The notes below the pieces were generated by a model. It was given only the letters and a program-made list of their open reading frames with translations. It was not told the origin of the DNA and searched no databases. Shown here in pieces: positions 13,662 to 26,229 of a DNA stretch of 64,000 nucleotides (its first letter is position 1; every line of letters starts with the position of its first letter). The stretch spans positions 6,634,001 through 6,698,000 of the forward strand of contig NC_043025.1 in NCBI RefSeq assembly GCF_006345805.1. The letters are read 5' to 3'. The position numbers and the translations under genes were made by a program. The DNA comes from Octopus sinensis. Its lineage: Eukaryota.

Positions 13662-14062
13662 GACGCAGGAGTGGCTGTGAGGTATGTAGCTTGTTTACCA
13701 ACCACATGGTTCCGGGTTCAGTCCCACTGCGTGGCACCTTGGGCAAGTGTCTTCTACTATAGCCTTGGGCCGACCAAAGCCTTGTGAGTGGATTTGGTAG
13801 ACAGAAACTGAAAGAAGCCCGTCGTATATATGTATATATATAAGTGTGTGTGTTTGTGTGTCTGTATTTGTCCCCCTAGCATTGCTTGACAACTGATGCT
13901 GGTGTGTTTATGTCCCCGTCACTTAGCGGTTCGGCAAAAGAGACCGATAGAATAAGTACTGGGCTTACAAAAGAATAAGTCCCGGGGTCGAGTTGCTTGA
14001 TTAAAGGCGATGCTCCAGCACGGCCGCAGTCAAATGACTGAAACAAGTAAAAGAGTGAAAGA
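13662..14062 (+). mobile_element. SINE family A
   Basis: Full head-to-tail match to family A. Confidence 0.85.
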
Positions 14063-14363
14063 ATATCATTATCATCATCGTCATCATCATCATCATCATC
14101 ATCACTTAACATCCATTGTCCATGCTGGCATGGGTTGGACGGTTTGACCAATGATGGCAAGCTGAGTGAGTGGCTGCACCAGATTCCAGTCTGATATTGC
14201 ATGGTTCCTGTACAGTCTCACCTGTACCAATTGTCAAGTTTCTTGGGGCAGTGTGAGTTACAGAAAATGCCAATTCTATTTTGTGATAAATATTTAATAT
14301 CATTTGTGAAACAACTATTAAATTTAATTTTGCACTTAAAGGCTTAATAAGTTTTGATAAAAA

Positions 14364-14528
14364 GGCGCAGGAGTGGCTGTGTGGTAAGTAGCTTGCTTAC
14401 CAACCACATGGTTCCGGGTTCAGTCCCACTGCATGGCACCTTGGGCAAGTGTCTTCTGCTATAGCCTCGGGCTGACCAATGCTTTGTGAGTGGATTTGGT
14501 AGACGGAAACTGAAAGAAGCCTGTCGTA

Positions 14529-14613
<85 letters not shown>

Positions 14614-14818
14614 ATATGTTTGTGCATCTGTGTTTGTCCCCCCAACATTGCTTGACAACCGATGCTGGTGTGTTTACGTCCCCATAACTTAGCGGTTCGG
14701 CAAAAGAGATCGATAGAATAAGTAGTAGGCTTGCAAAGAATAAGTCCTGGGGTTGATTTGCTTAACTAAAGGTGGTGCTCCAGCATGGCCACAGTCAAAT
14801 GACTGAAACACGTAAAAG
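14364..14818 (+). mobile_element. SINE family A
   Basis: Full head-to-tail match to family A. Confidence 0.85.
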
Positions 14819-14929
14819 GGTATATATGAGATGCATTCATTTTTTTCCTTGCAAAACTAATGCCCTTTGGACAAATCCCTTTGGATGAGATGTAATGCTA
14901 CCCTTCCTACAACTCCACATAGAATTCAC

Positions 14930-15010
14930 TCGGGACATGCTGGTCTATGCAAACAATGACCCAGACTTCAAGAAAAACCTCGTCGCTGGTGACAAGACAG
15001 GGGTTCATAG
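14930..15010 (+). mobile_element. Tc1/mariner transposase remnant
   Basis: Translates as DPDFKKNLVAGDKTG, resembling the mariner xxF L xxIVTGDETW motif (first catalytic Asp). Confidence 0.4.
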
Positions 15011-15054
15011 TCTCTCCTCAATATGTTCAGTTACGACCTTCGAACTTTAGGCCT

Positions 15055-15650
15055 CACTGAGGAAATGACCAGCGACCGAGACCTTTGGAAATATGCTGTG
15101 CGTGAGAAGACCAGGCAGGACAAGTGAGTCCAGCCCACTTATGCATGCCTTTCCTCCCTTGGACACACGAAGACCTGTTGAGGCAAGCGAAGTTGAAATC
15201 GAACCTCATCCGACGACAGGCACCCATGCTTGCGAAGACCTGTTGGGGCAAGTGAAATCGAAATCGAAATCGGAATCGAAATTGAACCAATCCTATGACT
15301 GGCACCCGGCAGATGCCAGGACCCCTGGACTGGTGGTACGTAAAAAGCACTATCTGAATTGTGGCCGATGCCAGCACCACCTCGACTGGCTTCCGTGCCG
15401 GTGGCACATAAAATGCACCAATCCGACCGTGGCCGTTGCCAGCCTCGCCTGGCACCTGTGCAGGTGGCACGTAAAAAGCACCCACTACACTCATGGAGTG
15501 GTTGGCGTTAGGAAGGGCATCCAGCTGTAGAAACACTGCCAGATAAGACTGGAGCCTGGTGCAGCCTCCTGGCTTCCCTGATCCCCGGTCGAACCGTCCA
15601 ACCCATGCCAGCATGGAGAACGGACATTAAACGATGATGATGATAATGAT
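15055..15650 (+). mobile_element. 5'-truncated RTE copy (end of ORF2, 3' UTR, (GAT)n tail)
   Basis: Matches the 3' end of the RTE at 41590-42990; ends TTAAACGATGATGAT. Confidence 0.82.
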
Positions 15651-15729
15651 GATCTTGCGTGAAAACAAAAATCTGATGAGAGCATCCTTCATGTTTGTAC
15701 TCTAGACATAAACAGCCAGGAACTGAAGT

Positions 15730-15845
15730 GGCCTATTGGTATGAAAGTCTTGTAGTGATGCTGCTGTGTAAGGTTCAGCGCACATGCGCAGAATGGGATA
15801 ACTTCCGGTTGGCCACCGGAAGTCTTCCTCATGCGCATGTGCAGG
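15730..15845. promoter_or_regulatory. Symmetric NRF1-like / ETS / ETS / NRF1-like motif cassette with an upstream CCAAT box
   Basis: GCACATGCGCA (15780-15790), ACTTCCGGT (15801-15809), ACCGGAAGT (15815-15823), TGCGCATGTGC (15832-15842); ATTGG near 15735. Confidence 0.5.
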
Positions 15846-16184
15846 AAACTGACCCCTAAGACACGGTTCGCTCACTCATCCTTTTCTGGCTCTGGCAGCA
15901 CCCGTGAACGGACGTGTATTGGCAGTCTCTCTGAGGACTTCTCACCAACCAAGCAGCGAACCACGACAAATCATTTTTAAATTGTGGCACAAAGCCAGCA
16001 ATTTTGGAGCAAAGTCAATCTACATCGAGTATACATCGACCACCCATGGTACTTGTTTTATTGATCCCAAAAGGATAAAAGACAAAGTTGACCATGGCAG
16101 GGTTTGAACTCAGGACAGAAGGATGAACCAAATGCTGTTAAGCATTTTGCTTGGTATTCTTCCAGTTCAATTTACTTACTCTTA

Positions 16185-16397
16185 CTTTTACTTGTTTCAG
16201 TCATTTGACTGCGGCCATGCTGGAGCACCGGCTTTAATCGAGCAACTCGACCCCGGGACTTATTCTTTTGTAAGCCCAGTACTTATTCTATCGGTCTCTT
16301 TTTGCCAAACCGCTAAGTAACGGGGACATAAACACACCAGCATCGGTTGTCAAGCAATGCTAGGGGGACAAACACAGACACACAAACACACATACAC

Positions 16398-16480
<83 letters not shown>

Positions 16481-16662
16481 TATATACACACACATATATA
16501 CGACAGGCTTCTTTCAGTTTCCGTCTACCAAATCCACTCACAAGGCTTTGGTCGGCCCGAGGCTATAGTAGAAGACACTTGCCCAAGGTGCCACGCAGTG
16601 GGACTGAACCTGGAACCATGTGGTTGGTAAACAAGCTACTTACCACACAGCCACTCCTGCGC
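16185..16662 (-). mobile_element. SINE family A
   Basis: Reverse-complement match to family A. Confidence 0.85.
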
Positions 16663-18917
16663 CTATGTTTTATCTTGCAGGAGTAATATTAGATTCATTG
16701 AAGATTTCTGAAGCCAGATGTTTCCCCGCCTCTCACCAGCTTTCCCCTGTTTCCAAATAAGGAAATATTTGCATGGTCAGACAGAAGACCGGTACCCCAC
16801 TTATATGACAGAGATGCTTGTTTACAACCATCACATGATGTCTAGAGAAGCTCATTCGCAAGTGATGTAGATTCAGAGGGCCAGTTTCCCTGATTCTCTG
16901 CTCTATATACTCCCAACTGGATAGGATGCTGGTCCGTCACAGGAATACTCATCCAGCTGAATAGACTGAAGCAATGGAAATGAAGAGTTTTGCTCCAGAA
17001 CATAATGCCTAGCCCAGCCCAGGAGTTGAAACCACAATCTTATGAACATGAGTCCAACACCCCTAACCACTAAGCTATGGACCTCCAGATATCTAAACAA
17101 GGGTGCACAAAGATACACATGTGGCAGGCTTCTTTCAGTTTCCATATATAAGTCTATTCACAAGGCTTTGGTTGGCACTGGGATATAGTAGAAGACACTT
17201 GCCCAAGGTGCTGTGCAGTGGAACTGAACCTGGAACCATGTGGTTGGTAAGCAAGCTTCCTAGCAATAGAGCCTCAACTGGATAAAAAAAAAAGGTGCTG
17301 GGCTTGATACGATCAAACAAAAAGCTTTTGAAGGAGCTGCTCCAGTATGGCCACAGGCCTACAAATGCAACCAGTGAAATGGTAAAAAAGAAGATAAGAA
17401 AATATATAGTGTTTGTGTGTCTGTGTTTGTCCCCTAGCATTGCGTAACAACTGATGCTGGTGTGTTTATGTCCCCGTTACCTAGCGGTTCGGCAAAAGAG
17501 AACGATAGAATAAGTACTGGGCTTACAAAAGAATAAGTCCCGGGGTCGAGTTGCTCGACTAAAGGTGGTGCTCCAGCATGGCCGCAGTCAATGACTGAAA
17601 CAAGTAAAAGAGTAAAGAGTAAAGAGAGTCACTATAAGGAGGACATCTACCATAGGCCCCAAAAGGGACCCCTACAGATATCTCAGATAACTTAGACTGT
17701 CAATAGCAAGGGTCTTCCCTTTGCCCTTATCTCTGTCCTACAATCCCATATTCAGACCAGACTAAATTAACCTCGGCCATACTCACTATATTTACCCAAC
17801 TTTTAACACAATATACAAGACGGAAATCCTCCCTTTGGGGAGCACCTGGCAACGTTACTGAGAGGCAGAGAGGGGGGTGGGGAAGCCCCGTCGGCAGTCC
17901 TCACAAATGTGTCTGCATTATGCTTTCTTTTATTATTGCCAGAAAACCAGTGTCAGAAAACGTGTCTGCCCTTCCTTTCCAAGAGAAATACAGTCGAGTG
18001 ATCTTCACGTTGGAACTTGGCCGTCGGTCGGTCGCGGCTCACCTGGTCATACATGTGACAACGACAATAACTTTGACGGCATGCGGCATGCGCTGGTCTC
18101 CCACTCAAGAAGAGGAAGGGGGAGAGAGGGGAAGGAGAAGGAGAAGAAGAAGAAGAGGAAGAAGAAGAAGAAAGGAGAAGGAGGGAAGAAGAGGAAGAAT
18201 GAGAAGAAAGAAAGAAAGGAGAAGAAAGGAGAAGGGAAGGAGAAGGAGAAAGAAAGAAGAAGAAGAAAGAAAGAAGAAGAAAGAAAGAAAGAAAGAAAGA
18301 AGGAAAGAAAGAAGAAGAACAAGTAGTAGTAGTAGTAGTAGTAGTAGTTCTGAATAAAACACCGCCATCAGTGGTAGTATTGTTTACCTCAAAGTATGAC
18401 CAACACCACCAGCACACACCACCAAAAACAACAACAACTACTTCTACTCCAACAATAGGAATAACAACATCTTAAGTAGTATTAGCGACTCAACGTTTCT
18501 AGTGACATTATTTTGTTTTTTTTTCTTTATGCAAATGAAAATCGTTTCTTTGTATGGTTTTTTTTTTTTCCTTTGTGTGAAGATCAACCACGGCTGTGGG
18601 AATTTCTTGAATTAACCTTAAATATTTACACCAAGTTTAACACGTGTCATTCCTGCATTGTTGAAAAGCATTTTTGAGAGGGAAAAAGACCACGATTGCA
18701 CGCAAATATGCAATTTACTCACAAATATATGTGTAAATGCATATTTGTAGCGTGAAATTGAGAGCCATTTATCTTGCAACGGTTTTTTGAATGTCTAGGG
18801 CATGCAAAACAGAAGGGTGCACGTGTACACACACACATATTTATGTGTGTATATGTACACAAAATCAGAAAGACATGAATGAATTAATAATACGCACTCA
18901 CACACACAAACCTAACA

Positions 18918-19250
18918 ATGGGATCTTTTCGGTTTGAACGGCAGTTTTTTAAAATAATTTCCACAAATAACTAAACACTTTTGAACTTCGTATACTGGTA
19001 GAATGTGTTTATAAAACATCTTTTTCTCTTGGCTTTATTGAGAAAATTCTATAGTTTGTAAGATATTTGCTGGTTTTTTTCTTCAATTTCTGCAATTTCA
19101 ACCAATCAATGACCTCTATTGAGGTAAAAAAAACACATTCTGTGCCGTATGAATATGTCCCTCATTTAAGAAACAGATTAGGTTTAAGATCTTTTCGGTT
19201 TGAACGGCAGTTTTTTAAAATAATTTCCACGTATTAAACACTTTTAAACT
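18918..19250 (+). mobile_element. MITE-B fragments (TIR GGATCTTTTCGGTTTGAACGGCAGTTT)
   Basis: Same terminal sequence as the complete copies at 34633-35045 and 52346-52767. Confidence 0.75.
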
Positions 19251-19535
19251 CCAGAGCGACTTATATTCCAGTGTGACTTATACTCCAGTGTGACTTATAC
19301 TCCAGAGCGACTTATACTCCAGTGTGACTTATACTCCAGAGCGACTTATACTCCAGTGTGACTTATACTCCAGAGTGACTTATACTCCAGTGAGACATAC
19401 TTCAGTGAGACTTATACTCCAGTGTGACTTATACTCAGGTGCAAATTGTACTCCAGTGACAAATTATACTCAAGTGTGGATTATACTCAAATGCAACTTA
19501 TACCTGGGTGCAGCTTATACTTGAGGGTGACTCTA
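19249..19535 (+). repeat. 17-bp minisatellite (CTCCAGTGTGACTTATA), about 17 units
   Basis: Direct reading; second copy at about 22299-22568. Confidence 0.9.
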
Positions 19536-19624
19536 ATATCAACTTGAATTGTTGTTCTGCTTGTAGGGTCAGCATGAGGTGGTCCCTGTTTATCCCATGC
19601 ATTCTCCACATTCAATGGGTTCCC

Positions 19625-20095
19625 TTAACCCTTTCGTTACCAACCCGGCTGAAACCGGCTCTGGCTCTGAGTACAATGTCTTGTTTTCATAAGTTTTGAA
19701 TTAAAATCTTCCACCAAATCTTAGTCACAATTTATGTTCCCAACACTAGCTTAATGATAATTAAGTTATTTTACTAAATTCTTTGTTATATTTAAAGTAA
19801 TTGAAAGAAACACGGAGCATCTCAACAGAAATACAGTAACGAAAGGGTTAATGTCACCATAATATTTTTAACCCTTTTAATACCAACTCGGCTCAAACTG
19901 CCCCTGGCTCTGTAGTACAAATGTCTTGTTTTCATAAGTTTTGAATTAAAATCTTCCACCAAACCTTAGTCACAATTTATATTCCTAACACTTGCTGAAT
20001 GATAACTAAGTTATTTTACTAATTCTTTGTTATATTTAAAGTAATTGAAAGAAACACAGAGCATCTCAACAGAAATACAGTAATGAAAGGGTTAA
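19625..20095 (+). mobile_element. Tandem dimer of a ~220-bp piggyBac-like MITE
   Basis: TTAA-CCCTTTCGTTAC ... GTAACGAAAGGG-TTAA termini; 16-nt linker between the two units. Confidence 0.82.
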
Positions 20096-20259
20096 TAGCA
20101 TTTCCATGTCACTTGTCTTGCTCAACATTTGTTAACCGTTTCCTTACCATATTCCTGTTGAAACATTCTGCTTTTGTTTCAATTAATTTTTGAAAAGGAT
20201 GAAGAATCAATCAAAGTAACTGCCATCATTAATCTGGTATTTGCAACATAAATATTAAC

Positions 20260-20675
20260 AGGCGCAGGAATGGCTGTGTGGTAAGTAGCTTGTTTACCAA
20301 CCACATGGTTCCGGTTCAGTCTCACTGCATGGCACCTTGGGCAAGTGTCTTCTACTATAGCCTCGGGCCGACCAAAGCCTTGTGAGTGGATTTGGTAGAC
20401 GGAAACTGAAAGAAGCCCGTCATATATATGTATATATATATATTGTGTGTGTGTGTGTTTGCGTGTCTGTGTTTGTCCCCCTAGCATTGCGTAACACCGA
20501 TGCTGGTGTGTTTTTATGTCCCCGTTACCTAGCGGTTCGGCAAAAGAGAACGATAGAATAAGTACTGGGCTTACAAAAGAATAAGTCCCGGGGTCGAGTT
20601 GCTCGACTAAAGTGGTGTCTCCAGCATGGCCGCAGTCAAATGACTGAAACAAGTAAAAGAGTAAAGAGTAAAGAG
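20260..20675 (+). mobile_element. SINE family A at the start of duplication copy 2
   Basis: Family match; shares the diagnostic ATTGCGTAACA variant with the tail at 17410. Confidence 0.85.
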
Positions 20676-22577
20676 AGTCACTCTAAGGAGGACATCTACC
20701 ATAGGCCCCAAAAGGGACCCCTACAGATATCTCAGATAACTTAGACTGTCAATAGCAAGGGTCTTCCCTTTGCCCTTATCTCTGTCCTACAATCCCATAT
20801 TCAGACCAGACTAAATTAACCTCGGCCATACTCACTATATTTACCCAACTTTTAACAAATATACAAGACGGAAATCCTCCTTTGGGGAGCACCTGGCAAC
20901 GTTACTGAGAGGCAGAGACGGGGGTGGGGAAGCCCCGTCGGCAGTCCTCACAAATGTGTCTGCATTATGCTTTCTTTTATATTGCCAGAAAACCAGTGTC
21001 AGAAAACGTGTCTGCCCTTCCTTTCCAAGAGAAATACAGTTGAGTGATCTTCACGTTGGAACTTGGCCGTCGGTCGGTCAGTCGGCTCACCTGGTCATAC
21101 ATGTGACAACGACAATAACTTTGACGGCATGCGGCATGCGCTGGTCTCCCACTCAAGAAGAGGAAGGGGGAGGAGGAGGGGAAGGAGAAGGAGAAGAAGA
21201 AGAAGAGGAAGAAGAAGAAAGGAGAAGGAGGAGAAGAGAGGAAGAATGAGAAGAAAGAAAGAAAGGAGAAGAAAGGAGAAGGGGAAGGAGAAGGAGAAAG
21301 AAAGAAAGAAGAAGAAAGAAAGAAAGAAGAAAGAAAGAAAGAAGAAAGAAAGAAAGACACAGTAGTAGTAGTAGTAGTAGTAGTAGTAGTTCTGAATAAA
21401 ACACCGCCATCAGTGGTAGTATTGTTTACCTCAAAGTATGACCACCACAACCACCATCACCACCACCACCACCACCACCAAAAACAACAACAACTACTTC
21501 TACTCCAACAATAGGAATAACAACATCTTAAGTAGTATTAGCGACTCAACGTTTCTAGTGACATTATTTTGTGTTTTTTTTTTCTTTATGCAAATGAAAA
21601 TCGTTTCTTTGTATGGTTTTTTTTTTTTCCTTTGTGTGAAGATCAACCACGGCTGTGGAATTTCTTGAATTAACCTTAAATATTTACACCAAGTTTAACA
21701 CGTGTCATTCCTGCATTGTTGAAAAGCATTTTTGAGAGGGAAAAAAGACCACGATTGCACGCAAATATGCAATTTACTCACAAATATATGTGTAAACGCA
21801 TATTTGTAGCGTGAAATGAGAGCCATTTATCTTGCAACGGTTTTTTGAATGTCTAGGCACGCAAAACAGAAGGGTGCACGTGTACACACACACATATTTA
21901 TGTGTGTATATGTACACAAAATCAGAAGAGACATGAATGAATTAATAATACGCACTCACACACACAAACCTAACAATGGGATCTTTTCGGTTTGAACGGC
22001 AGTTTTTTAAAATAATTTCCACGTAACTAAACACTTTTGAACTTCGTATACTGGTAGAATGTGTTTATAAAACATCTTTTTCTCTTGGCTTTATTGAGAA
22101 ATTCTATAGTTTGTAAGATATTGGCTGGGTTTTTTTCTTCAATTTCTGCAATTTCAACAATCAATGACGTCTATTGAGGGAAAAAAACATTCTGTGCCAT
22201 ATGAATATGTCCCTCATTTAAGAAACAGATTAGGTTTAAGATCTTTTCGGTTTGAACAGCATTTTTTAAAATAATTTCCACGTAATTAAACACTTTTAAA
22301 CTCCAGAGCGACTTATACTCCAGTGAGACTTATACTCCAGAGCGACTTATACTCCAGTGTGACTTATACTCCAGAGCGACTTATACTCCAGTGACTTATA
22401 CTCCAGAGGCGACTTATACTCCAGTGAGACATACTCCAGTGAGACTTATACTCCAGTGTGACTTATACTCAGGTGCAAATTGTACTCCAGTGACAAATTA
22501 TACTCAAGTGTGGCTTATACTCAAATGCAACTTATACCTTGGTGATCTTATACTTGAGGGTGACTCTAATATCAACT
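20450..22577. repeat. Copy 2 of the ~2.1-kb direct segmental duplication
   Basis: See copy 1. Confidence 0.92.
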
Positions 22578-22608
22578 GAATCATATATATAAATATATAA
22601 ATATAGAC

Positions 22609-22687
22609 ATATAATTAAGGGCTCCTAAATAAGGATGCCAAGTGCTAGGGTCACTTGACATCCTTATTTAGGAGCCTTTAATTATAT
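22609..22687. other. 79-nt hairpin (36-bp arms, 7-nt loop)
   Basis: The left arm ATATAATTAAGGGCTCCTAAATAAGGATGCCAAGTG differs at 2 positions from the reverse complement of the right arm. Confidence 0.85.
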
Positions 22688-23125
22688 TTCTATATGAATA
22701 ATATTTTGTCTAATGACTAATTCGTCGTTTGTGCTGGGCCACTGGTAGTAATCCATATTATTACCCTTTGTTTATATTCATATATATATACAAAATAATA
22801 GAAAATGGAGAAATACATCGAAATCAAATATCAATTACCAGATAATACTCAATCACATACTTTATTAAACACTACATAAGAAACTATAAGGCTAAACATA
22901 ATAATGCAGGGAAAACAGTGTACATGAAGGAGTGTACATAAAATAGTAATGTTATACAATAAGTAGAATACGTATAATAGAACATAAATATAAGTACACA
23001 TAAATATAAATATAGACTATAGATCTTACAGCTGTTTCAGCCATGTAGATATGCATGTCTCATTCAACTCATATTAGCCATATGGTATCCCATGGTGGGT
23101 TGCATTTACAACCCCTATCTCAATT

Positions 23126-23171
<46 letters not shown>

Positions 23172-23467
23172 ATATATATGCCGGTGGCACATAAAAAGCA
23201 CCATCCGAACGTGGCCGATGCCTTGGCTGGCTTCCGTGCCGCTGCATGTTAAAAGCAGCAACCGATCGTGGCCGATGCCAGACACCCCTGGCACCTGTGC
23301 CGGTGGCACGTTAAAAAGCACCCACTACACTCGCGGAGTGGTTGGCGTTAGGAAGGGCCTGGTGCGTGGCATCTTGGGCAAGTGTCTTCTGCTATAGCCC
23401 CGGGCCGACCAATGCCTTGTGAGTGGATTTGGTAGATGGAAACTGAAAGAAGCCTGTCTTATATATG

Positions 23468-23507
<40 letters not shown>

Positions 23508-23834
23508 TTGTGTGTCTGTGTTTGTCCCCCTAGCATTGCTTGACAACTGATGCTGGTGTTTTACGTCCCTGTCACCTAGCGGTTCGGCAAAAGAGACCGA
23601 TAGAATAAGTACTGGGCTTACAAAGAATAAGTCCCGGGATCGATTTGCTCGACTAAAGGCGGTGCTCCAGCATGGCCACAGTCAAATGACTGAAACAAGA
23701 AAAGAGAAAAGAGAGAGAAAGAGATATAAGTATATCTATGTTTAAAAAAAATATATACATTCCTTATTGAGAATAGAATAACTGAACCCCTGTGGCCAGA
23801 ATTTTTATTCCCTAACAAATATGATAATATATAT

Positions 23835-24235
23835 TACTCTTTTACTCTTTTACTTGTTTCAGTCATTGACTGCGGCCATGCTGGAGCACCGCCTTTAATC
23901 GAGCAACTGAACCCAGGACTTATTCATGTAAGCCCAGTACTTATTCTATCGGTCTTTTTGCCGAACCGCTAGATGACGGGGACCGAAACACACAGAGTAT
24001 CGGTTGTCAAGCAATGCTAGGGGGACAAACACAGACACACAAACACACACATGCATATATATATACATATATACGACGGGTTCTTTTCAGTTTCCATCTA
24101 CCAAATCCATTCACAAGGCTTTGTTGGCCCGAGGCTATAGTAGAAGACACTTGCCCAAGGTGCCACGCAGTGGGACTGAACCTGGAACCATGTGGTTGGT
24201 AAACAAGCTACTTATCACACACGCCACTCCTGCGC
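23835..24235 (-). mobile_element. SINE family A
   Basis: Reverse-complement match to family A. Confidence 0.82.
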
Positions 24236-24260
24236 CTTTATACATATATATATATATATC

Positions 24261-24320
<60 letters not shown>

Positions 24321-24949
24321 TTAATCCAAACATGAAAACACAAAGAGAAAACACAAAGAACGCAAGGACATGGAACAAGTATAGTGTTATTGGACGCTCA
24401 GGGAAGAAGGAAAGATGGAGGGTATATATACACGATGGGCTTCTACAGTTTCCATCTTACCAAGTGTACTCACAAGGCTTTGGTCAGTCCAAGACTTATT
24501 GCAGAAGACACTTGCCCAAGGTGTCACACAGTGGACGAACCCAGAACATGCGGCTCAGAAGGAAGTTTTTTTGTTTACCTCAAACCCTAATAATAATAAG
24601 AAAAATAATAAGAAAAAAAAAAACGTCAATACAAGGAAAACAACAAAACAAACACTGATTAACAAAGAGCAGCTATTTCGTTATGTCACCTGAATTCATT
24701 CAGGTAATCGGAGCAAGTTCTGATAATAATGATCACATTAATGAAACGTGACTTGGTGTGGGGGTGAGAATGTGGTGGTGGTGGTGGTGGTGGTGCGTTC
24801 TTGGTCATTGCCATTGTCATTTGTGGTGGTGGTGGTGGTGGAGGCAGTGGTATTGATGGCGGTGGTGGAATTGTTGGTGATGGTGGTGGTGGTGGTGCTA
24901 ATGATGTTAAGGTAGCTACATATACTCAGGCAGAGTCAATAGGGAAGAT

Positions 24950-25195
24950 CATACACACACTCACACACATACACACACAACATACACACACACATACACA
25001 CACACACACACTTAATCACATACACAAACACAAACACGCACACACACAGCACAAACACACACACACACACACACACTCAATCACATACACACGCACACAC
25101 ACACAACACACACACACACTCAATCACATACACACGCACACAACACGCACACACAACACAAGCACATACACAACACACACACACTCAATCCACAT

Positions 25196-25228
<33 letters not shown>

Positions 25229-25340
25229 CACACAAGCACATACACACACACACCACTCAATCACATTACACCACATACACACGCACACACACACAATACA
25301 CACACACTCAATCACCACAAAACACATGTATACGTACACA
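24950..25340. repeat. Imperfect (CA)n microsatellite
   Basis: Direct reading. Confidence 0.93.
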
Positions 25341-25699
25341 CAACCAGAATGTTTTAGAAAAACATTTCCCCAAACATTTTCCCTCCTCCTCCTTCTCCAC
25401 CACCAACTCCTCCTCTTCCACTTCCTTCTTCCGGGGCCTCCGTTATGGCGTCGTGCCATTATCTGTTGTCGCAATATCTTCTTCTTAACTGTATTTCACC
25501 CGCTTCTTTCCCCAACTCCGTGCACCCGCACACCTGCCTAACCCACCAAACAACATTTGTCCACCTTATTTGCATATTGTAAATAACAGGTTTATTTACA
25601 TAGCTTCTTATAAAACTGTCTGTTTGTCCCTCCTGTCTTTCTCTGTATAACTGTGTGTGTGTGTGTGCATCTTCACTATTGACTCTAATACAAACATAC

Positions 25700-26110
25700 A
25701 TACTCTCTTTACTCTTTTACATGTTTCAGTCATTTGACTGCGGCCATGCTGGAGCACCGCCTTCAGTCGAGCAAATCGACCCCGGGAATTATTCTTTTGT
25801 AAGCCAGTACTTATTTATCGGTCCCTTTTGCCGAACCGCTAACTGATGGGGATGTAAACACACCAGCATCGGTTGTGTCAAGCAATGCTAGGGGGACAAA
25901 CACAGACACACAACAAAACCTACACATACATATACTATATATACATATATACGATAGGCTTCTTTCAGTTCTGTCTACCAAATCCACTCACAAGGCATTG
26001 GTCGGCCGTGGCTATAGCAGAAGACACTTGCCCAAGATGCCACGCAGTGGGACTGAACCCAGAACGATGTGGTTGGTTAGCAAGCTACTTACCACACAGC
26101 AACTTCTGTG
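25700..26110 (-). mobile_element. SINE family A
   Basis: Reverse-complement match to family A. Confidence 0.82.
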
Positions 26111-26229
26111 CCTATACATACATACATTTATAAATATATATATTATATATACACATACATACATATTATATATATATATAATATATATATATTATATATA
26201 TATTAATAAATAAAATAAAGCACATGCAT

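Larger units (their letters stand above)
17410..19545. repeat. Copy 1 of a ~2.1-kb direct segmental duplication
   Basis: Colinear with 20450-22577 at an offset of about 3030-3050 bp; few SNPs plus microsatellite length differences. Confidence 0.92.

Noticed and set aside
17877-18417. Lys/Glu/Arg-rich and Ser/Phe-rich ORFs (also 20977-21450)
   Set aside because: Translations of (GAA)n, (GAAA)n and (GTA)n tracts
23025-23075. GAAACAGCTGTA hammerhead-like 3' half on the minus strand
   Set aside because: No recognisable CUGANGA core or stem II; at best a highly decayed relic
25360-25560. Pyrimidine-rich segment with CTTCCGG and ATGGCG (promoter-like or first-exon-like)
   Set aside because: No convincing donor or sustained ORF on either strand; insufficient support
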